Shown: positions 21,613-35,605 of the stretch, in pieces
How positions within the stretch are numbered: position 1 is the stretch's first letter
Layout: each line of letters opens with the position of its first letter
Origin: Balanoglossus misakiensis
Lineage: Eukaryota; Animalia; Hemichordata
DNA: 64,000 nucleotides
NCBI GenBank assembly: GCA_040954595.2
Contig: CM082580.2
Span: 10,952,390 to 11,016,389, forward strand
Direction of reading: 5' to 3'
Notes under the pieces: generated by a model
The model's database searches: none
What the model saw: the letters and a program-made list of their open reading frames with translations, nothing else
What the model was told of the DNA's origin: nothing
Translations under genes and position numbers: made by a program

Positions 21613-24600
21613 ATCATCTTTTTCTATCAACAACACAATACACGTAACTTAAAATGAGCCAAGAGGCCCACTGAACGCATCACATTGTTTGACCTTTGAC
21701 CCCAAGAAGTTCTCGAGACGGGACTCATAATAGAGCGTACCCACGGGTGAAGAAGAAATTGGATTGGACAGGCCGCACTAATGTTTTATGCCCATTCATT
21801 TCTGTGGTGCGTACTTAAAAGCGACATGTTGATAGTGCAGGTCACGGGGGCACTTGATGCATTGTATGTAAGCGCCATCAACATTTTATGAAACAATATT
21901 AATTGTCGTGTCGTTTTCACTCTTGTTTCATTTCGCGAAACACCGTGACAATCCGTGTAGATTTATGCGCCCATCGGCTATTCTTTCTCTAGTAGTCTGT
22001 CTGTTCACTTCGAAGCGCAGAATTTTGAGGACCAATCACAGCAAGCGTTACGTATCGTCTTGGTAAACACGGTCATCGAATATGGCGCCGGTCAGCTGGA
22101 AATTGTGCGACCCCACGACGAGATGCTCACCTGGGACCATGCAACAGGCGAATTATTTTCACCCAAACCTACCAATTGCACCTGCGGATCACACCGAAAA
22201 TACTTTTGGAGGTGGACTAAACAGAAAATGTACATAGCCTATAAGTCAAAGTGGTGTTCCAAGTTCTGTAAAGACCCAGAAGCGAACAGGTATATTATAA
22301 TTTATATATGCGATGTTTTTCTCCTTGTGTGTTAGATATATCCCCCGGTGATATGAGTTTCTCGCCGTGTGCCCAAACAAAAGTAGCTTTCCTCGCATCT
22401 TTTTGCAAAACAGAAAATAGACTCGTATTCTAAAGCTTGGTGAAGTATGCTTCCCAGGAATTCCTGATGGAGCACTTGCTAATTTGCATAACAATTACGA
22501 TTTGTTTTATGTTAATGAGTTTATAATTGCTCTCAAGAGAACACCGAAGGGGTGACCCTGTTTTTGGAATTTGCGACAGGAGGTAACCCTGTGATACGTT
22601 TGCGGGGGGTCTCAGAGGACTTTTGACGAGCACCAATGACCCCCACCCCTCATGGTTAAGAATCTGACCAGTTCCGAGTCCCTAGCTCGGAGATTATCTT
22701 CTTCCATACGGCTCTAAATGCTGACCGTTTGCGCCTGTGACGTAACCCCAACGTCATAGACAGGCGCAGACTTCCCTTGATATTTTTTTCCCTGAAGTGA
22801 ACTAGCCTTTTAATGCTGTTTTGCATGAATGATTGGTTTGCAATCTGCACACGTGGTTGACCAAGAATGGTCGTCACTAATACGAAGGACGTGTTGCACG
22901 TGACTGTAGATTCAGTGGCTGCTCTCACCGAGCTCTCCGCCGCCAGAGGAAAACTTTGTTACAGATAGACCCCTGACAAACCAAAGATTTTTTTTTCTTT
23001 GCTACGCATCAATTGAGATCAGCCCTGGAGTCTCTTAGCCAGGGAAAAGGAAAAGAAAAGGAAGTATCATATGAATATGAAAACCGGCATCGAAGGCAAA
23101 CAATTTGCACAGAAAGGGGAACTAGTCAAGAGACTGACAAGGCAGACAAACATGGTGGTCATGCAAACGTGACAAGAATATTTCATTTCCCTGACAGACG
23201 TCCTTATGGAGAAACACTATTATATATGTCGCTCGCAGTCACTATGTCATCAATGACACAGATCTAGACCGACATGTTTAATCTCGGAGCAAGAAAAAAT
23301 CACGCTCGGAATATTCGAAAATGTCAAACAGAGACCGCCCGGGAATTTCGTTCTGCCGTCAGGGGCTTAGTTTTTTTTGTCGACCTTCAAATGACCAGTT
23401 TCAGTTACCAGAGCAGCGTGAATAATGTCTTATATTAAATAAAAAAAACCTGCTGCTGAAATTACCTTCTTTTCAACAATTAAATCAATTATCACTCCAA
23501 GAAGACAATCCTATTAGTACTAGCGGTAAGCAACGAATTAGCCAGATGGTTGCAAATAAAATTCCTCGGCACGTTTCCCTTATAATTGACGGTCCCTGCA
23601 GCCGTAAAATTATCATGCCAAATTAACTACTATTATACTTGTTTTCTTTAAAGTCTGGTTACTTAATCAGATTTTTTCCAGGCTTAGTTTACACCTGGTC
23701 CTTTATCATACAAGATAATGACGAAATGATGAGTATTTTTCGAGCGAATCTCCAGGCACGAAATCTTCTCGACTGGAACTTATTCGGCCGTGATTTCACA
23801 ATTCCCCGGACGACATCCGAGGGAACTAACAAAATAAGAGGGAGGAGGAATGTCGAAAGCGAGAGGATTTTATATGGGAATGAAAGAGGAGACCCTTCAA
23901 AGTAAATGATGTCCGCTGGACATGCATCCGCTTGATAAGAGTTACTGCTTGGCCCTAGCTAAAAGACTACATACGTTGGGTCTCTGATAAGTACGCATGC
24001 GCCTGGGCAAATGTAGGTTGTACCTCGCGTTTAGACTCGCGTGGTTGATTTTCGTCTGGAAAAGTAATGGGGTGCGTTTTCACAGGAAATACCGGCCAGG
24101 TGACAGTCGCATACTTTCTGTAAGCGAGCGAAATCCGAGACGGCAGTTTGTTCATATACGCCGACAGTTGGGCATCGCCGTAGCTGGGTAATTACCACAG
24201 GATATTAAATTAGACTCCCGGTAAGCTAAATGTGGGCTCAATTGACTCAATACGAGTGGATCATTTCTGCAATTACCGAGTTCTTCGATCTACCTTATGC
24301 TGTAATCACACAAGAAATAGCCCAACTTCAAAACATATTGCACAGAAGACTAAAGACACCGCGAGAGCGTTGTCATGGCAATATATCGAAGCGCATGTTT
24401 CCATGCGTCAATAGTTCTCAAGCTGGGTCAAGATGAGTAGATTACGAGTGTATTTTTCTACTTTCAGGTCTATCTTAAGCGCGCGTGAATTTTATCTCGA
24501 GAATGGTCGATTAGAAATATTCGTAATAAAATACGTGCTGTGCAGCGACAATGGTAGGCCATTGTTCGAATTATTGAGTGTCTCTGAAGTTCTAGCGTGT

Positions 24601-25728
24601 TAGGTTCAACAACGTGTCATTTGATCGGACATACTGCATATAGTTACTTTAACATTTAAAGTAAAACTCGATCGGTAGTACGTTTTCACCGAATTTCAAC
24701 ATCCTTGTAGGCCAACAGCTTCAGCATGATGATACTCTTATTGGAATGACGTCAATTCACGTGATCGATTGGGCACTTTCTCGAAAAATGCGGATTGAAT
24801 ACAAGATGATAGGCAAAACAATTGAACGCATGCGCGCTACAGTACTATAAGCTACATTAAATGCAATGAGTGTTTCCCAATTTGTTCACGTTTTCGTGTG
24901 TGGTTACAGCTGGCGTAACACATAAATAGCCTATGTCATCAAACAACCATTACCTATGCTCGCTGTTTACTCAACTTGTTACAGCATATCGAATCGGGTT
25001 TTATAATACTGAATGGTATTTTTTCGGCATCGAGGTCGATTTCTGTGTGTGGTAGTGCAAATTGACGAGCATTCCAGACTCTGTTCGCAAAAATTGATTT
25101 TACCCCATATTGAACACGTAAAGTGACACTTAATCAATGTTAATATGGAGTGAACTCGGGTACTGTGCTTCATTTGCGGCGAATGCTTTTAAAAGGTTGT
25201 GTGATGCGTCACTCTGACTGAGGGCACGGATTTGACCAGCCCTTGGGTCATCAGAGGTCACAGATCATACTTTGTTATCGACAGGCATGGCATTTGCGAC
25301 CAGCCTTGGGTTTTGAAGAGTCAGCAGAAGAAGCCAAGGATCATATCGTGATCGAACTACGCGACTGACAAGGTGCTGCGTCACGAACATCAGTATGACA
25401 CTCCGGCCAATTTGCATATCGCAAGAACGTCTTGAGGTAAGGACGGCTTTACCTTTTAAAACTTTTAGCATGCACCCAATAGCGGTTATCGCATAGGGGT
25501 TAGAATGTGCCGTGCATTCATAATCAGGCGCTATGTGTAGTCGTTGTGTTTCGCTTAATCTTAACAAAAATCGTAAATGTCAAAAGAGTAGCTGTCTGTT
25601 AAGTTTTGGCGTGACGTGCACCTCAAAGTTCACTCTGTCAGTTGTCTGTCAAACTATTTGCCCAACCTCCCGCCCATCCGTCTGAGTGTTTGTCTGCCTG
25701 CCTGCATGTGTAATGTCCCGAACGTCCA

Positions 25729-25955
25729 AGTGAGTGAGTGAGTGAGTTGGTTAGTTAGTTAGCTAGTTAGTTAGTCAGTGAGCGAGTGAATGAGTGAACC
25801 AATGAGTGAACGAGCGAGTGAGCGAGAGAGTGAGTGAGTTGGTCAGTCAGTCAGTCAGCGTGAGAGAGAGAGTGAGTGAGTCAATGAGTGAGTGAATGTT
25901 TCATCATCATCACCACCACCACCACCACCATCACCACCACCATCATCATCATGAC
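25729..25955. repeat. compound microsatellite (GAGT/TAGT/CAGT)n followed by (CAT/CAC)n
   Basis: agtgagtgagtg...gttagttagt...gtcagtcagtc, then catcatcatcaccaccacc...catcatcat. Confidence 0.92.
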
Positions 25956-28284
25956 GACAGCAACGATATCAGCAATACATTAGTTACAAAAACTGACAAT
26001 CGAGAGGAGAAAACTGCCGACAGCGATTAATTAACATCTGACGTCTGCCTCACACGATAACGACGATATTAGCGTCGGCTCGCGTCTGTTCCTTCACCGC
26101 ACAGGGATATTAACAAACGAAAGTAGAATAAACATGATTGATAATGTCACAACTGCCACAGAGACGACACTTCTAACCGATTAACAGCCTAATCTGTCTG
26201 CAAAAACATCTATTAGTTATGCCAAAGCGCGGCAAAAGTATTGTGCACGGTAGATTTTATTTGATCGGGAAGCACCTAACAGTGTGTGCGCTCCAAGCCA
26301 AAACGGAAATAAGACAGGTTGACGCGAAAAGTGGTTCGAACGAGGTTACTGGCGTGCAAACAAGAATCGACTTTTGTAAGCAACCGAATTAATCGACTTG
26401 AACTAAATTAAAACTCTCGTTGGTAAAAGAGTAATTGATCTAAACTGCCATTTACCAGTCCTGTGTGTGGATGATTTATTGAGCCATATAGTTTCTAGGT
26501 TAGGGAGGTAACGATGTTTTTATCTAGTATTTCTAAGAAAAACTAAAATCCAATTATTGTTATTCAAAATTTTATTTTTTTCCCACAACGACGTCAGATT
26601 GTTATTGCTTACAGCGAAATTCAGATCGAGTTCTCTGTGTTCCAATGTGCGGCAATTTAAGCTGAAGATTACATTCGCTATCCCGTTACATGTTTTTAAG
26701 TGATAACGCGTTACGCTATACTAGGGTAATCTTTGATTTGTGTGATCACAACGACATAAACGAACTATTTGCTTCCCGGCAAAAGCAAACATATCCTCAA
26801 GGGTGTGTGGCTCTATCGCCATTAACAAATGACGCACGTTGAAATCTGCTCTGACTGCATATAACCACAGTCCCCCCGAGACTGTGATATAACGTTATTG
26901 GGGAAATAATTAAAAATCCATAATCCAATTAAAAATCCATAATGGCATATTTGATGCAAATTTTCACCAAACCATTGGACGAAACGAACGTACAAAGAAC
27001 CAGACAGATTTCTCAGCCAACGGGTACCAGAGAATAATATTGTTGATATCGACTGAATAAAAGCGAACATAATAGGCGAAACAACGCCATACCAGAAAAC
27101 ACAAATTAAACAAAGTTTACTTTAAAATGTCTTTATAAGGGCATTGCCTTTTGCTCTTTTAATATTCCAAATGTGTTCGTAAATATCCAATTCTGATGAG
27201 TACTTGACAGGCGCCAAACGACATCAAGATTCCCGCCAAACAAACTCATATTGAGGCAACTACAGCCAGTAAAAGCCGGTCTAAGTACTCAGTCAATAGG
27301 TCTGAACCGGCGTATGTCTGGATTACTCTTACGTGCCTGTTGAAGACCACGTTGTTGAAACACCGTGCCGTTTATCAAAAATATCAGACACGATTGTCCG
27401 ATTGTCAACGACTTTTGTTGCTGTGTGGTTAGCATGCAGTCGCTATTCAACTAGCAAGAGGTCGCTAGCTGTTGTAACCTCGTCCGGAAGCTTTTAATTG
27501 TTTTATTGCCTGTCTTGAGGGGGGAGGGGGAGTTACCAACATATTTACCTGAAACTGGGCGAAGAAGACTCCTGCTTTTCATATCTATCCCATGTATACA
27601 TCTGTCTCAAAATCACACAGAGGCTTGACTTCATTTGACAGAGTGGCTCGTCTTGGCGTCCAGTAATTACGCATGCCGCATCCGTTAGACATAACCGGCT
27701 TTGCGTGATCCCAGCCTCTTGGTCACCGATTAACAACAAACACAGAGCTCGGAGTCAAAAGGCAGTTACCGAACCGTGTCGATATTCTCATGGATCTTTA
27801 GAGACACGAGTTGTCGTGACGTTAAAGGATAACTGCTGTTTGTTTTCATGTTTTGAGATCCAGGTGAGACAGGTGGGATCCGGTGAAACCCGAAGTAAAA
27901 ATGATAAGAGTTGGTAAAGCACAGAACGTTAGACAATAGACGGGTACATACGCCAGTAAATAAAATGACGGGGGGGGGGGGGGCGTTGAATATTGTATAG
28001 TATAGCCATAGAAACTGGAGCGTCTATGATTCGGCAGACGTTTGTGCATCCATTCTGAACGCGGACATATGGTCTGTGATCTAATTAGACCCGGGCATGA
28101 TCACGCGAGTAAACATGGAAATTGATTCATAACTAGATTTCAGGAGACGCCCAGAGCAGTGTTCACTGTTGGAGCCGTATCCCGACTCTCAGCAACTCTG
28201 CGACTCTGCTTTTTGGCGGTAACCCGGAAAAAGGAGAGTCGTATACTCCGGACAGAGCCATACATGTACATGTATATACAGATT

Positions 28285-28382
28285 GACAGACAGACAGACA
28301 CTCAGACTTGCGGACTGGTAGGCAGCAGACAGACAGACAGACAGACGGGCACAGACAGAAAAACCACAGACACAGGCAGACA
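28285..28382. repeat. imperfect (CAGA)n repeat
   Basis: gacagacagacagaca...cagacagacagacagacagac. Confidence 0.8.
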
Positions 28383-31300
28383 TGAGGGAAAGTGGGCAGC
28401 CAGAGAGGCAAAAAAGTCTGAGAGCTATACACAGAAAAAAAAAGATTTATTCCCCCTTTCGTATTCCTCTGTAGAAACCACGCAACATTCAAGTATGAAT
28501 TCTTAGCGCGAGGTTTTGATGCTATCATTTTAAATAATGTGCTGGGAGATTTTACGAGCTTAAGCTTTCGACAGAATGCTCGATTAACAAGTGTAAACCG
28601 TTGAGTGAACTATAAGTACTCTTTTTGGATAATATGGAGGCGAAAGGAAAATGAATGAGCAAATAGGAGACACAACAGATCATTTCCTACAGAATGTACT
28701 ATATAAAGAGATCAGAAAGGTCAAAACCTTCACTTAAACGTTCCCGAGCGAAACAAACATTTGCTGTGAATAACAAGGGCCGAAACATGACCCATCATTT
28801 GGAGAATTGGAGTGGGTAGGAATGAAAACCAAACCGGCATCAAAAGGCAATTTAGGTCAAACGCTACGAAAATAAAATTGCAGCGAGTCCTTGTGTGATC
28901 AAAAGTGGCACGGCGTGGCATATATACTGCACTCTTGTAACAGACTAGGACTTTAAACTATCGACGCCTACAACATGCAGTGTGCAGCTACATACATTGA
29001 GTGAACCCCGGGGAGTGAACTGGCAGGAGACGCACTAAAATAGGTAAACTTTGGTAAACATTGACTTATGTGGCTTTCGATTTTTCATTGAGTGTTTGTA
29101 TTATACGCCATCTCATTTCATGTATTATGGTTCTGTACACATAATATGTACAAGTTTTGGTATCGTAGGGTCATTCAGGGTCAAGTCAACATTCTTCTCA
29201 GCGCCATAAATAATACAGATGAGGTTTGTCATCAAGGAATTTTACTAGAATTGTCAAAAATCACAGTTTTGCTTTTTCTTTGCCTCTAATAGAACGGTGG
29301 TACATGACTGTACTAAATCCAAAACTTAACATAATATTCACCATAAATTGCCTCTCACAACTTGTGTACCTTGTAGTGTTCGAACCAAGATGCCCTTTCG
29401 CTCCGCCGTGGGAATACATGGCTGTTTTATTTTGAAGGCTTATTAAAAATTGACACAGAAGATCTTTCTCAGTGTCGACATATGAACCTGAACCCCTCGA
29501 GAGAATACGCTCAAATTCTGCCGCTTGTGAGCCGTAAATCCCATCGATGGTTGGTGTTCACTTGAACTACAAAATTCGATTGATGTTTGAGAGATACGTG
29601 TTTTTCCAGAAAGGTTTCGATGCCGTCTTGAAGTTTTTGCTTGCCAAGTTCCTGGAGAGTTTGAATAGTCTCTATGAGCCGTTATTCGTTTGGTTTACTT
29701 TCGCGAATTACCCATCAGCTGATTTTGACGTTAAAAGTCGTTATTGCTACTGCAGACCACATTGTACTGATCTGCTATTTCCGTCGACCATGGCAACCAC
29801 TCTTAGATGTTTGCTGCGATACGTGTGCCATTTCACTGTGGTCTTGGTAACTCAAAGTTAAATGTGTCAGATTTACCTATACTTTTGGTTTTAATTCTAG
29901 GGTGAGCGAGAGAGGGGGGGGGGCAACCCAGTGTTCTGTTCGTTTGTAGAGAATGTCGAAATCCGCAAACGCCAGTCGCTGATTACTGGCGAATTTCAAC
30001 GCACCTTAAAAATAGATGGAGAAAGTGTCACTTTTGGGAATTCAAAGGTCATCGTTTTGAGAGTCGCCGATGCTTGTTCAGTATGCATCTTGTGAGAAAT
30101 TTAGTACTTTAATGGAGGTTTTGGTATTTTTCTTTTATTTTTAGTGCAAATAAAAAAACAGTGCACTTACTTCTGCATTTAGGCAGGTTCATTCTCAGTG
30201 AGATACCAATGTAAAATGAAAGTAATAATTTCCGCTGTTTTGAGCATATTTCACAGAGTTTTATATTCATAGATCTGACCATGAAAATAGCGGGGTCTAT
30301 TATAAATTTACATATTAACTAGGGTTTAATTTTTTAGCGGATTTGTCAATCAGACTGACGATTATACTGAAATTAATCACAAATGGAAAAAATTGACAGC
30401 GTATGATTTACCCGGCGTAATTTAAAGGTGATTGTCCTTTTGCGGATCTTAATTAATTAATATGCAGGATTAGTTCACACAGTAATTTATATACAATCCA
30501 GGGTGTCTATATTGCTCGTGCGATCCCGTTTTTTGCTTATATGATTTATTTGTTAATTTGACTCCCGGCCTTGTAGTTGAAACGATTCATGCATAAAACC
30601 AAGTCAAGGGCGAGAGAAAATGGAGGGGTGGGGGGGGGGGGGAGATGGGGCAGAGGAAAAAGAGGGGATTGTTGTGATATTTTGCGACGGGAACATCAGG
30701 TCTTGAATGTTGAATCTATGTCGAGTCTGACCAAGTTCAGCACGTGACCACTGAATCCTGTCAATTACAAACTCACGCGCGGTTTTCATGACAACCGCAA
30801 ACAAGCGCGATCACCGACTTTGCCACCATGTGCGGCGTGACTTTTAATTTCGTATACGCCGTTTCCAGGGCGACGGCAATTCCGTGCGAACCGAGACAGT
30901 TCCATCATTGAACTGGACACGGTAACGAGAATAGGGAATCCAAATCACGCAAAGAACTGTTCAATCAGAATGATCGTGAAGAAAACAACATAGAGTGGTA
31001 TGCGTGTAACTACAGCTATGAAACCCTCGTCAATTTCTGATCATAAATCAAATTAAGCGTACTTTCTGCGGGGAAACTGATCGTTTATCGCGACTCGAAT
31101 CTTACCTGCGACAGCATAGAAGTATATCAATGGTGTTTGATTGCACGAAATGAATTTCTCATTTGATCTAGTTGTGAAATTGTATCATCGTTGAAACCTA
31201 ATAGTGACATGATTATCCTCGATTATGTGCGTTCGGTTTGTGGAATTGTCGCTCTTGTGCCTGGTGATTTCAATGACGTTCGATTACAGATCAAATTGAA

Positions 31301-31803
31301 ACACTCACAGAATAAAGTCAACACTGTAAGCGTTACCTTGGTTTCATATTCTAATGTTCGTCAGGGTCTGACTATTTAGTGTTTCGGGGGCGGGGGCTAG
31401 CATAAAGAAGTCCAATACTAGTACAAAATCTCCTCTACACTTTAGGCCTATCATCGCTCGGGTTTTGAGTGCCTGTGCATACGGCCAAATGCAATTGGCT
31501 GATAACCTGTGCCACTGCTGTCTTGAAATGTGTGTCACGTGACGTATAAGACTGTCAACGAATCCAGATCAGTTTCGGGCAGTGTGCGGCAGTCTTCAAG
31601 TTGTAAGGCTGTTGTTTATTGGTCAGTTCTTTGGTAATTCACTCTTCAGACAGGTGTCAACACGTGGCTGAATGTTGTGTAATACGAGGGCAAGCATTCG
31701 TAGGCGCTGCACGATTTGTCGAAGGGGAAGAAATCTCCGTCTTTTGTGAACTGTAAGGACGTACTGTGTTGAGAATACAGACACATCGCAAAACAGAGAT
31801 TTT

Positions 31804-31831
31804 CCATCCATCCATCCATCCATCCATCCAT
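31804..31831. repeat. (CCAT)n microsatellite
   Basis: ccatccatccatccatccatccatccat. Confidence 0.9.
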
Positions 31832-33139
31832 TCAGACCTGTAAATCTGCCCTCACGCCATGGCTTATAGTAATCGCCGTAAGCCAAGCACCCCCCCCCCT
31901 CCTCCCCATCACCACCACCGAAGAACGGAACGAGTGGCCCGGTGACACTTATCGAGAACGCATCCCCCATAAACCCACTTCTGAACCAGAAATCGTGACA
32001 GTGTTCGCCACGTGACTGATCCCCATCACTTGTACTTTTTTTTACAACCCGTGTATGTGTATTTGTGTGTGTATGGCCCGGGGCTGGGTGTACCGAATTT
32101 CGCTGCAGCTGTCGCCATTCACTTGTGACCTTTGAGAATGCCTTTCTATGAAAACGGTCATACCGTGAAGCATTATTCAAACGATGCCTGTCCTGTCTTC
32201 GGGTTTCTCACGCTATAGCCCCAGTCATTCCGACGCACAGGGGTCACGGGACACCATTCAGGGCAAGGTGGTTCGCCTTTTCATCAGCGAACACCTTTTC
32301 TTCAGGACTTCCGCTCGATGCATCAATGGAAAGTCGGTCAGCCTGATGCCAGCAAGCCTATTTTGCAGGCGAATGCGATTTCCCCCCATTGTTAAAAGTA
32401 AACCGCTTTCTGGACTAACAATGAAAACACCCGTCTTCTACAAAAATATACCTTCCTGAGTGTGCCGTAAAAACCACAACCGTAGACCGTAAAACCGTGA
32501 TGGCTATTTACGTGTAGCATTTCGAGGAATGAATTTTCGGCTCGACATGGACGGAAATTTGACCTCCACATCCTTGAAGAGTAATTTTAACTATGTTTTA
32601 AAGTTGCCTGGTATTTCAAGGAATAAAACGATTTTCAGCGCAAGTGGCACGCCGTTTCACGAAGCGTCGATGAATTGTCTCGTGTTTGACGGTTTGTTAA
32701 AATACGGCGCTCCTGAAAGACATATTGGTTTTAGAGTGAAACAGATCTCTTATATTGGTGCAGTGGGCAATTCTGAACGGAGTTTCACGTCTTGTGTGTG
32801 GAATGTCCATCCGCAGTTTGGGCGAACCACTCACTACTCCAGTAGTGCTCAGGAAAACAGGCGCTTCGTGTCAGTTGTACATGTTTACGCCTCTGTTATT
32901 CTGTGGGTGACAGATCGCGGCAGTAAAATGCTTTTAGGTTTTGTTTTGTCTGCCTATGACTGGCACGTGCTAAGTTATGCCTTCGAGACCGCTTTGAGCC
33001 TGAAACACGGCCGGGCGATGAATGGACTGCATAGCTTCTTTACTCACTCAAAACTTGGTGACTATTTCTCTATTATGATGTCACGATGCGCGCGCATTAT
33101 TGTGCTGCGAATGAGTCGGTGAGGGAGAAACTGGCTCGG

Positions 33140-33813
33140 TCTAGTGCAGCGCAGTGCAGTGAGCGATCAGGAGCGTTCAATTGATGACTGCAGCATAGGA
33201 CTCGACAGTCAGTGCTGAGTTACCTCACTTGTATAACCGGCGCGTCTGCAGAGGAGATGTCCAGTTGAAGAGTTTATCTAAGATACATCAACCATGCAAG
33301 GAGGAGTGGTCGTTTGTTGGGATAAGTATATGCATCTCGAACGACAAGAACTATAGTTTTGAAGGTGTCTACCGAAGGCTGCCACTGTTCGTATTTCATC
33401 TATGGGACGTGAACAATCCGTACCTGCATCTCACCGTTGACAGAAGAGGCAACCACGATCCGGTAGGATAAACGGAGTGACGATCGAAGACAACTTAGAC
33501 TTGGCGCGGCAAATAGCCGGGAGCTAAATACATGTAATAGCGGTGTATTCACTGTGCTTGATGTAAAACGAGCGCTGTTGCCCAAGCAGAAACGGGAGAC
33601 ACTAGGCAACAACTCCGATCTAGCCAAGACTTAGACCGACAGGTCTGGTGACTACTCTCGTTGGAGTGAGCGGATATCAGGCGCGGAGGAGTGGCGATTG
33701 TACGAAACAGCATTGAACTCATTTGACATCCACTGGTGGAATCGGTCGACCGGAGATTTTGTTAAAAGCAGCGTGTCCGACAGCAGTAAACAACCGTAAA
33801 AGTGGCGGAAAAT
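33140..33813 (+). promoter_or_regulatory. putative TSS region and long 5' UTR of the receptor-like gene
   Basis: CpG-richer region with Inr-like gcagt/TCAGT motifs (about 33150-33215). Runs without an obvious splice break into an ATG with good Kozak context (aaaatATGG) at 33814. Contains several uORFs. Confidence 0.4.
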
Positions 33814-33867
33814 ATGGATTCACCCAGGAACCTACTAGTGTGGAGAGTGACAGTAGCTCCGATGAAG
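33814..33867 (+). CDS. putative first coding exon of the receptor-like gene (MDSPRNLLVWRVTVAPMK)
   Basis: ATG in Kozak context, 18 codons, donor AAG|GTATCA in phase 0. Joined to 54647 it gives ...MK-VFIPLVLVILAGSMA, a textbook signal peptide. Missed by the ORF track. Confidence 0.55.
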
Positions 33868-35530
33868 GTATCAATATTTTTCTTTCATTGTCACGTGCGC
33901 TTTCCCCCTGTTTTTGCGAAGTTAAGAAATGCTTGAATGATGCTCGTATCAGTAAAAACAGAGAACAAGTGCGACCATGCCAATGTGTTGCCATGACCCG
34001 GCGACCCTATCTCAGTTTCGCTGTATCAATAAACCGCGAACACGGGTCACAATGTCACAGACAGGGTCACTCGTAAGCGTGGCGATATCTCTCTCAAAAG
34101 CTTGTCCGCGGTCCCGTCTTTTGAGACTTGGACCCGGGAGAGCCCTCGCACGTTCCGTGGAGACACCTCGTTGACCGAGAGTTTATCCTACAAGTGGAAC
34201 ATTTGCGAGGGCGAACAGACGCATGCAGTGTCCCTGGACCAGTACATGCGCGTACAGACAGTTAATCCATACTAATGTTGGTAGCAACAACATTTCTAAT
34301 CGAAACGTTTTCATCTGCACTCGTTCCCATTCATGGTTAAAAAATCTGACCGTGTTTTGGCCTTGCTTTATTTATCCTTTCGGAGACAACACCATCTTAT
34401 GTGTCTTTAGAACTCCTAAGCCCTGCAGTGAATGTACTGTTGGTATTTGTATTGTAATTGGAAGACTGTCTACGTATTTACCGCATTTCTTCCAATTGAA
34501 TCGCTCTCGCTTCCCTCTAAACGCCGTTATCCAACCGATTAAAGAGCCAACCTTTGTTCCAACCGTGGAGCCATTAAAATCAAATTACTTTCTATTCCAT
34601 CGATCCCAGGCGATTAGCTACCCTGGCCGGGGTCAGAGTTCACGGGCCAATCCTGCGACGTGATCTAACCAGAATGGGTCCTGTTTGTCACTTATAGTAC
34701 CTGTGTTTCAACTGAATTTCCCATGCAACGCGCACTCATGATTTTGGAACGAATCTCTGACTCGCTGCTTCATTCCACAGCGTGCCATTGTTGGCGGGGA
34801 CCCCCAATCAACAGAATGATGAAAACCTTCAATCACTTCAGCCCATGGACCGCGACCGGGCAATGGGTGAAGGGGATTTAGTTCCGTTATTCAATATTGT
34901 GTTTTGAAGCATCCCCACTGTTTCTGTGTACCTACAAAAAATCAGATATCTTTAAAAAGAAAGTTAACACCCACAACGCAATTTCACGTTTGGCGAAAAA
35001 AATACAACAACACAAAAAAGTAAAAAAAACTTGTCTGTGCGTTATTCTCTTTAAAAATAACATGTGCCGAAAATCAGGGTCGATATGCATTATTTTTCAC
35101 CAAAGTAAAACACATCGTTTAAGATTTAGCGATATTTGGAATTATAGTTGCCAGTGTGTCTACTTTATTATGCGTAGAAAACGCACAGAACGAAATGATG
35201 AATGCAATTATTGCATTATTTAACCCATACAAGATTTTCGGTCGACAGAGAATTGAAGTATAAACAAAGACATATTTCTACAGATCTCAAGACGTACATT
35301 ATTCTAGTCCCGGAGAACATACCACAGTGCGCAGACAACGCCTTGAGGGGGCGCGAGGACGCTCAAGGCTGTCACGAGTAAAACGTTCTAAGTTTAGCAA
35401 TAACCCTGCTTATTAGAGTCTTCAGCATGCTATGGCAACCGACAAAGGAAGAGAACGGGCTTGATGGAGTACTAGAGCGCAGTCACCGCCGAAAACGCAT
35501 GAACAGCATGCGCAATTACCCCGTTTTACC

Positions 35531-35605
35531 TCTCGGCGCAGCTGATAGATAGAACACTGGAAAAGCCTTCGGGGACGTTGGTTCGAGTCCTTGCATGAGT
35601 CATCA
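35531..35605 (+). mobile_element. tRNA-derived SINE head or tRNA pseudogene relic
   Basis: A-box-like ggcgcagctgatag at about 35535 and a perfect B-box GGTTCGAGTCC at 35580-35590, with tRNA-like spacing. No intact cloverleaf or acceptor stem. Confidence 0.5.

Noticed and set aside
32529-33122. 197-aa ORF, and the 185-aa minus ORF at 31623-32180
   Set aside because: No domain and no codon bias. The minus ORF runs through microsatellites. Both lie in the putative promoter region.
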